From assembly GCA_002269645.1 (NCBI GenBank), contig NIVC01001488.1, forward strand, positions 1-43,305: a stretch of 43,305 nucleotides of DNA, given 5' to 3'. Origin of the DNA: Macrostomum lignano (taxonomy: Eukaryota). This document shows positions 37,571 through 43,305 of this stretch, in pieces. Numbering within the stretch: the first letter of the stretch is position 1; each line of letters begins with the position of its first letter. The translations under genes were made by a program, and so were the position numbers. Under the pieces are notes generated by a model that made no database searches, had not been told where the DNA came from, and saw only the letters and a program-made list of their open reading frames with translations.

Positions 37571-39255
37571 ATATATTATCCTTATTTATGACCCGAAGGG
37601 TGCGGTTCTCGCTTGTCGCTAGCAAATTCAGCAAGGCAATATCTATTTTGCTTTTAACTCTGGAGTAAGCATTAAGCAGCAGAAAACAGCAGCGTCTTTT
37701 TATGGGGAAAAGAGTCTCGATGTGAGTGCCTCTGAAACTGATTCCAACTTAATGGTTCAACTGTATCAAGAGTCAGTGAAATGTATCAAAGCATCAGAGT
37801 AATGGCTGCTTTTATCGGGTAAGCCTGGTAGCTTGAATTTTGTCGTTAAGAGATTCCGTTTCCAAATCCTTCCTCCCTGAGTGCCATAAAACTTCTTGAG
37901 ATTTTGAGTGTTTGATGAAACTTGAATCACCTGCTTTCAAGGATGCTTTTCAACTTGCATTCTACTATCATTTGCATGAGGTCTGTCTAAAATGGGTGCC
38001 TACAGACTGAACTCAAACTCTAACGGTGCTAAGAAAAAATATTTTATCTTGACCCCTGAAAGTGAGAGTTCTTGCTTCCAACTGCTTATGAAAAGTTTCG
38101 CTATTGTTCTACATGTACTCCTGAAAAAAATGTTATCCAAGCTACTGCTAGTAGTACAGTAAACAGAGTGAAACATCAAGATCAAGAATCCAAACAACTT
38201 GGCTTCCATAAGCAGGATATCGAAGGTATTAAAGCGATGTAGTTGATCGAAAGTTGATCTCATAATAAATTTCTTAACTCTCTCAGCAGAGGATCTCCGT
38301 TACCTGCTCTTATGCTGAGTGGTCTGCCATTGAGTTTCTAGTGGCTTTTCGGCTGCTAGTTTTTTCGCTTTCTTCAAGTCGCAATCCACTATCGCGAATC
38401 TCCTGCACCCAAGTAGCCGTCGCGTTCTTATTTCAACGGATTTTTAATGTCTCGACCTCGGATCAGCTCAATCCGCTTTTTTCTACCATGCAATCCAAAA
38501 GCCACTCAAAGCACTTAAAAGCTAAAATTGCAAGTAAATTGCCATGTTAGCGAACCCTCAGGGTGATCTACGAACACGAGAGAAAATGGCCAGGTAGCGC
38601 GATGATGGCTTATAGTCAGTTGCCTTGCTGTTCTACTCGTGAATAACTTAGTTGTGCCAAGATGTACTTGTACGAGCGTAAGTTGACATATACATATACA
38701 GCTTTTATACATCTTCCTGCCTCGACAGGCCTTTTCTTGTGTCACAGCCTAATGATCTTGACAATATTCTTGATACTGTTCATGCTTTGCTTGAGAAGCA
38801 GTTTGGTGATTATAGGTAAATTTGTAATTTTTCAAGAACAAAAAAGTCCTGCAGAGTTTTGAATAATTTTTTTCGAATTTTAATTCTTCGTGCTCATTTC
38901 AGTCAACCCCAATCTAATTGAATGCTTCCGGTCAATCTTCTGAGTGAGCTGAGCTCCGAGTGTGGTTAATTATTCCCCTAATAGTACTTCTCTTATTTTC
39001 CAAAAAAAGCTGGACCTCCAGTCACCCAGTGCATCTCTGGTCGGACTTCCATTGTGTTTGGCTGCAGTCATATTTCAAAATTTCCCCATGCACCCCATGA
39101 ACGCCTTGGACCTGCTGCACTGATATCTGAATCCCGCGGAAACGGAAGTGTGGAGTCGTGCTGAAGCGATGGCTTTGCCCGCACGGCAAGCGCAAGTCAG
39201 GCACGGATCGAGCACAAAATTCTATCTCTTAATTGTGCGTTAACTAAAAGCGACT

Positions 39256-39560
39256 TCACTCATGAATGAGCGAATCCTGCAGCTGCAACCCAGGGCTCCA
39301 CCAGCTGCACTTTTCTACCTGCAAGAGGGCAGTCGACCAAACGCCCGATGCTTGCCCTGCCCCATGCCGGTAGGGAGCCTGCAGCATCAGCAGCACCTCC
39401 AGCACCGACTGTGGGCAGTAGGATTCGGCGGAGATGACGTGGTCTGCTAGATGTAGTCGCCAACGGCGCAAAAGGTCGCTTGAACGGACCGGGCCAACGC
39501 GTTGATAAAGTTCCGTGTTAGAAACCCGCTCGTTTCCGATCTTGATCTGAGAATAACAAG
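39256..39560 (-). mobile_element. Degenerate non-LTR retrotransposon (RTE-like) ORF2 3' fragment
   Basis: ERVSNTELYQRVGPVRSSDLLRRWRLHLADHVISAESYCPQSVLEVLL resembles the post-RT C-terminus of RTE-type LINEs (R-SN-ELY-R...RRLR-AGHV-R). Confidence 0.65.
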
Positions 39561-40314
39561 GAGAGATCGTCGACTTAGCCAAGCACGGTGAGCCGCCCGT
39601 GTGGCTGACGTCGATCCACGCGTCGTTGCAGCAGAAAGCCGTATTTTTGTTGTTTCTGCAGGCGTGCGAAAGCCAGCAGATTTGCAATGCATTTTGTCTC
39701 TTTCTTATTGGCAAATACAGCTGCTTCCAACTGCTTTGTGAACAACAATAAAATACAATTACAGTTGTACACAATAGCGGGTGTTACGAGCAATTTATTC
39801 CCATTTCCTAGTGCTTATTGTCTGTCTAAAATTCAATGCTTTTCCCAAACCTTTGTGAAAATACGGGGCTGTTATATCGCTAAGCAATTAACAAAAGCGC
39901 CCGTACCAGAAGCCTAATCTATGCTGGAGTTCTTTGCTGTGAGTAAAATAATATTAACAGTACGGCTCGTACTCCCTTCCACATACTGTAAGTTATGGAA
40001 TTCTCTATCTGCAGCATTAGCTAATCCTGTCATCAAGCCATCTATATTCAAGAGCCAGGTGTCTCAAAGACCACCTTGATCAGTTTTTTAGACTTCTCTT
40101 TTCCCTGGTTTGTTCTCTTTCCATCATCTCCCTTTTTATTATTTCATTTCCTTTCCCCTTTAACTCTTCTTAGCCATGGGACACCATTGGTGTTGTTGGT
40201 CCTTGGCCACTCCCATGGAGAGTTGCATATAATGAATAATATTAGTAATAACAGTTATTAATTACATCTGTGTTAATTGGCAGATATGCAACCTGAAAGC
40301 TACGTACGGCTGTT

Positions 40315-40676
40315 AAGGGGGGCCGTAGCCCAGCGGTAGCGCAGCTGCTCTGGTGTGCCAGCGACCCAGGCTCGATTCCAAGTGCAGCCACATTAATTTG
40401 GGGCTGGATTGGAATCTCGGCTTGGCTCTGCTCGTGCAATTAACGGCCTTGAGAGCCAGCCCCCAAGGCGCAGTGAAGTGTACATGCCTAACGATAAAAT
40501 AAAGTTAGGGCCGCTGTACACTCCTGTGTGAGTGTGTGCCTGCGTACGTATCCGCGCGCTTGTATGCCTGCTCAGGGGAGTCGGCGGAATGGGCAGTAAT
40601 GCCTCTCGCCGGTTGTGTGCCTATGTCGCTTAAAGTGCGCCAGGGTGCACACAACCCCCCTGCCTCTAAAAAAAAA
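40315..40676 (+). mobile_element. Full-length tRNA-derived SINE with target-site duplication
   Basis: A box TAGCCCAGCGG (40326-40336), B box GGCTCGATTCC (40369-40379), A9 tail, and exact 14 bp direct repeats TACGTACGGCTGTT at 40301-40314 and 40677-40690. Confidence 0.85.
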
Positions 40677-40690
40677 TACGTACGGCTGTT

Positions 40691-40860
40691 GAGTCCAAGG
40701 ACTGGGGGGTCGCCACACAAACCCTTAATTACCCCAGCTAATGCTGGCACCCATTTTACAGCTGGTGAACTGAAGCAATGCAGAGTTAAGCGTCTTGCTC
40801 AAGGACTCAAACTGTTCCGAGTGAGCCGAGAATCGAACCCCCGACCGTTCAGTGGACCAA
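40691..40860 (+). mobile_element. CORE-like SINE segment immediately downstream of the tRNA-SINE insertion
   Basis: CACCCATTTTACAGCTGGTGAACTGAAGCAATG...GTCTTGCTCAAGGACTCAAAC...GAGAATCGAACCC resembles the CORE-SINE central domain; related pieces occur at about 19650-19690 and 20330-20412. Confidence 0.5.
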
Positions 40861-42453
40861 TTGGTTCTATGGTAAAGCACATTTTTTTCGTACGGACAAC
40901 TAAACTGTAACTCAAATAAAAAAGTTAAAATAGACAAATACGAAGGCGTTCTTGAACTGTTTTCCTATCTCTCCCTGTGTAGCATCGATTCTTTCAGTCT
41001 AGATGCCCTCTGTACAAGCCTATAAAAGTGCAGAAAATTTCTTTCCCAATTGAAGTCTTTTCCATCGATAAACTACCCTGAAAAGCATATTTTTCACTAC
41101 CACTTTCTCAAACAGGAAAAGCTAGCTCGTGAAAAATAGCTGAAGCTGACGGTTTTAAACATCTGGCAGGTGTCTTCTGCTTCACAATGCGATTTGGAAT
41201 AGATGAGATATTGCTTAAGCTGTTCTGGCAGGCAGTGAGTCCGCAGTGCGAGCGTATAATGCGGAATCGATTCAAAACAGGTGAAAAACCTGGCTCGCTT
41301 TGGTCTCTACTAAAAATACTGGCGTGCAAGCGTTTCTGAATCCATTTGTGCCTCAGCGAAACCTTACGGCAAAACTATATTAACACACGGATTCCCTTGA
41401 CTTCCGGAATTAGCTAATTAATAGAATTAGCACAGTACGACCATTGAATTAGAGCAAGTAGTCGCTCAGCTTTGTGAATGGACTGTTGAGTTGAAATTAA
41501 CTGTTCACGCAGCCTTCAGCGTCCAGCTGGCGTCAAGTCAGCGCGTGCAGTAAAACAATTCTTAAATTTGTCTATTTAAGGCGGGCGTGATCTTTACAAT
41601 GCGAGCTGAAGTACTTTCTCCCGCCAAATAATGACTGTTGATTTCTGAGAGTTCGGTTTGAGCTAAAGGAAACAATAAATGACTGTTTTTGACGCTGTCA
41701 CAGGATATTATAAAGTTGGGATTTGGCTTTTGAATTTCGCTCAGGAGGGTCGCTGTACTAACTGGAAGCTCGGGGGCAGAGCAACTGGCGGTAAACGCCC
41801 TGGCGCCACGATTCTGGCGCCCCGGCCCTTGGTTTGATTCGGTGCGAATGATGCGCAGAGTTTTTCCCTTGTAGTGCCTGCTTCACAAAGTACGAGAGGG
41901 CTTCAGGATCCACTTGGGCTAGGTAACTCGGATGTCTGATCCACACCAAACCTGTAGCTGTACTAATGCTCCTATAGGATCCTTGCAGCATTAGTGCTCC
42001 TTGAGTTTCTATTCCTGCGTTGCATAACCATGCGTGCATGTATTGTAATCCTATGAATTCGTGTCTTCAAATTGAGTTTAATTCTCTCTCCAGCTCCAAC
42101 TCGATCATCCTTTCTACCCATCCATCTCACCTCTAACTATTCCTCATCCAGTTGCATCACTCGCATGCTCCTCCAATCAACTCAAACTGCATTTCCCATG
42201 CCGCTTATTTGCTAGATTCACTGGCACACACGGCTCCAGCATTTTGTCTCGGCCGCACTCTGATTCGTCATGGGAATGCATCTGTTTTTTTCAACAGGCC
42301 CAGTGTGGAAGCCTTCCCAAATCAAGCTATATATGAAAGCAGTTTTTAGTCAGAGAGGGGTGCCATGGCGGTGACTGTTTGATGCATCGATACTGCAGTA
42401 TTTAAGCTCAGCTAAGCTCAGACTCAGTTCCTACCTTTCGGGCGCTCGATAAA

Positions 42454-42753
42454 ATGAGGACACTCTTGTACGATAGAAATCTGCTTCTGCAGCACCTGCT
42501 GCAGCTGCCGCTGCTGTATTTTCCAAGCTTGTTACCGACGGCGGACGCCAGCACGACAGTGCCTCCAACCACCTCGGCTGACAACTTCAACGCCAACAAC
42601 TCGCAGTCGCAGGTGCTCGCCAGTCTGGCCACGAGTCTGCTGGCCTCGCCCTACAACAGTCAGGTGCGGCCCAACCTGGAAAAGCGACTGCCAGTCATCG
42701 TCAATATCAGCATCTACATCATCGAGGTCACGGCTACAAACGAGGTCAATATG
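42454..42753 (+). CDS. First exon of a Cys-loop ligand-gated ion channel subunit (probably GABA-A/glycine/GluCl-type); gene continues beyond the window
   Basis: Hydrophobic leader, S/T/N-rich spacer, then LATSLLASPYNSQVRPNLEKRLPVIVNISIYIIEVTATNEVNM (helix, Y-x-x-x-x-RP motif, beta1). Donor GTGAGC at 42754. The ending NEVNM resembles anion-selective subunits more than the nAChR DEKNQ. Confidence 0.72.
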
Positions 42754-43305
42754 GTGAGCCTTAGTGCTCAATCTTTCTTATAATCTAAATTAATGCTTAA
42801 AATGATTTGTTTTCGTGACATCGTAGGCTGTTCTAAACTGTTAAACAGTAGTAAAGTTGTTATCCTTTACCACAACAATAGCAACAACAGATACTCCTGT
42901 TTATTGGGTGTTATTAAGTAGGACATCAGCATTACAGGGCGTTCTCTAGGCTAGGATGTGAACATAGGCCGCATCGGTGACCGAACACGGGCCGAGTGCA
43001 TGTGTGCTCTCACCGATGCCTCCAGCGTCAGCGGCAACATGATCTGGTGTGAATGATGTGGCCTGTCAGCTGGAGTTGCCGACGGAACAACAGATTGCAA
43101 CAGGAGCGGTGACAGTGCGCGTGGTTAACTGACAGCTGACTCTGTAGACAGCAAATTAAACATATTGGCAGACTTCAATTGCAGCAGATAACTAAGATAG
43201 CAAAGAAGCACAGCTCCTATCACAATTATTGATTGATATGCAATCATATTTTCAGTCATTGACTCATTGCTCAATCTCGTGAATAAGCGCGAGCATTATC
43301 AGAAC

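Noticed and set aside
37700-38560. Possible decayed transposase-like coding remnant
   Set aside because: Frames are broken by stops and I recognise no diagnostic motif.
41758-42039. 93 aa minus-strand ORF, possibly a retroelement fragment
   Set aside because: No recognisable RT or endonuclease motif; cannot be assigned without a search.

Overview
Intron-rich eukaryotic (metazoan) genomic DNA with GC-rich exons and minisatellite-filled introns; this overall style suggests a spiralian such as a macrostomid flatworm, but that is inference only. Five protein-coding genes were reconstructed by hand from splice sites and codon phase: (1) rootletin/CROCC on +, 15 exons 1277-17103, 5'-incomplete; (2) an apolipoprotein-L-like gene on +, 20642-23555; (3) a divergent actin on -, 25612-23974, with a TATA box and three perfect CArG boxes; (4) a DEG/ENaC channel on -, 37044-26358; (5) the first exon of a Cys-loop receptor on +, 42454-42753. 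The most notable observation is a symmetric phase 1-1 exon (30385-30092, in a frame absent from the ORF track) that encodes a complete 8-cysteine WSC domain and splices in frame into the finger region of the DEG/ENaC channel. The large intron of that gene holds a head-to-tail dimer of a Helitron-like element (3' hairpin + CTAG) carrying a 22-23 bp satellite and TTAGGG tracts. The window also has a tRNA-derived SINE family, a MITE-like insert and a LINE remnant. Several single-base frameshifts in conserved exons look like assembly errors. No CRISPR array, rRNA or true tRNA gene is supported.
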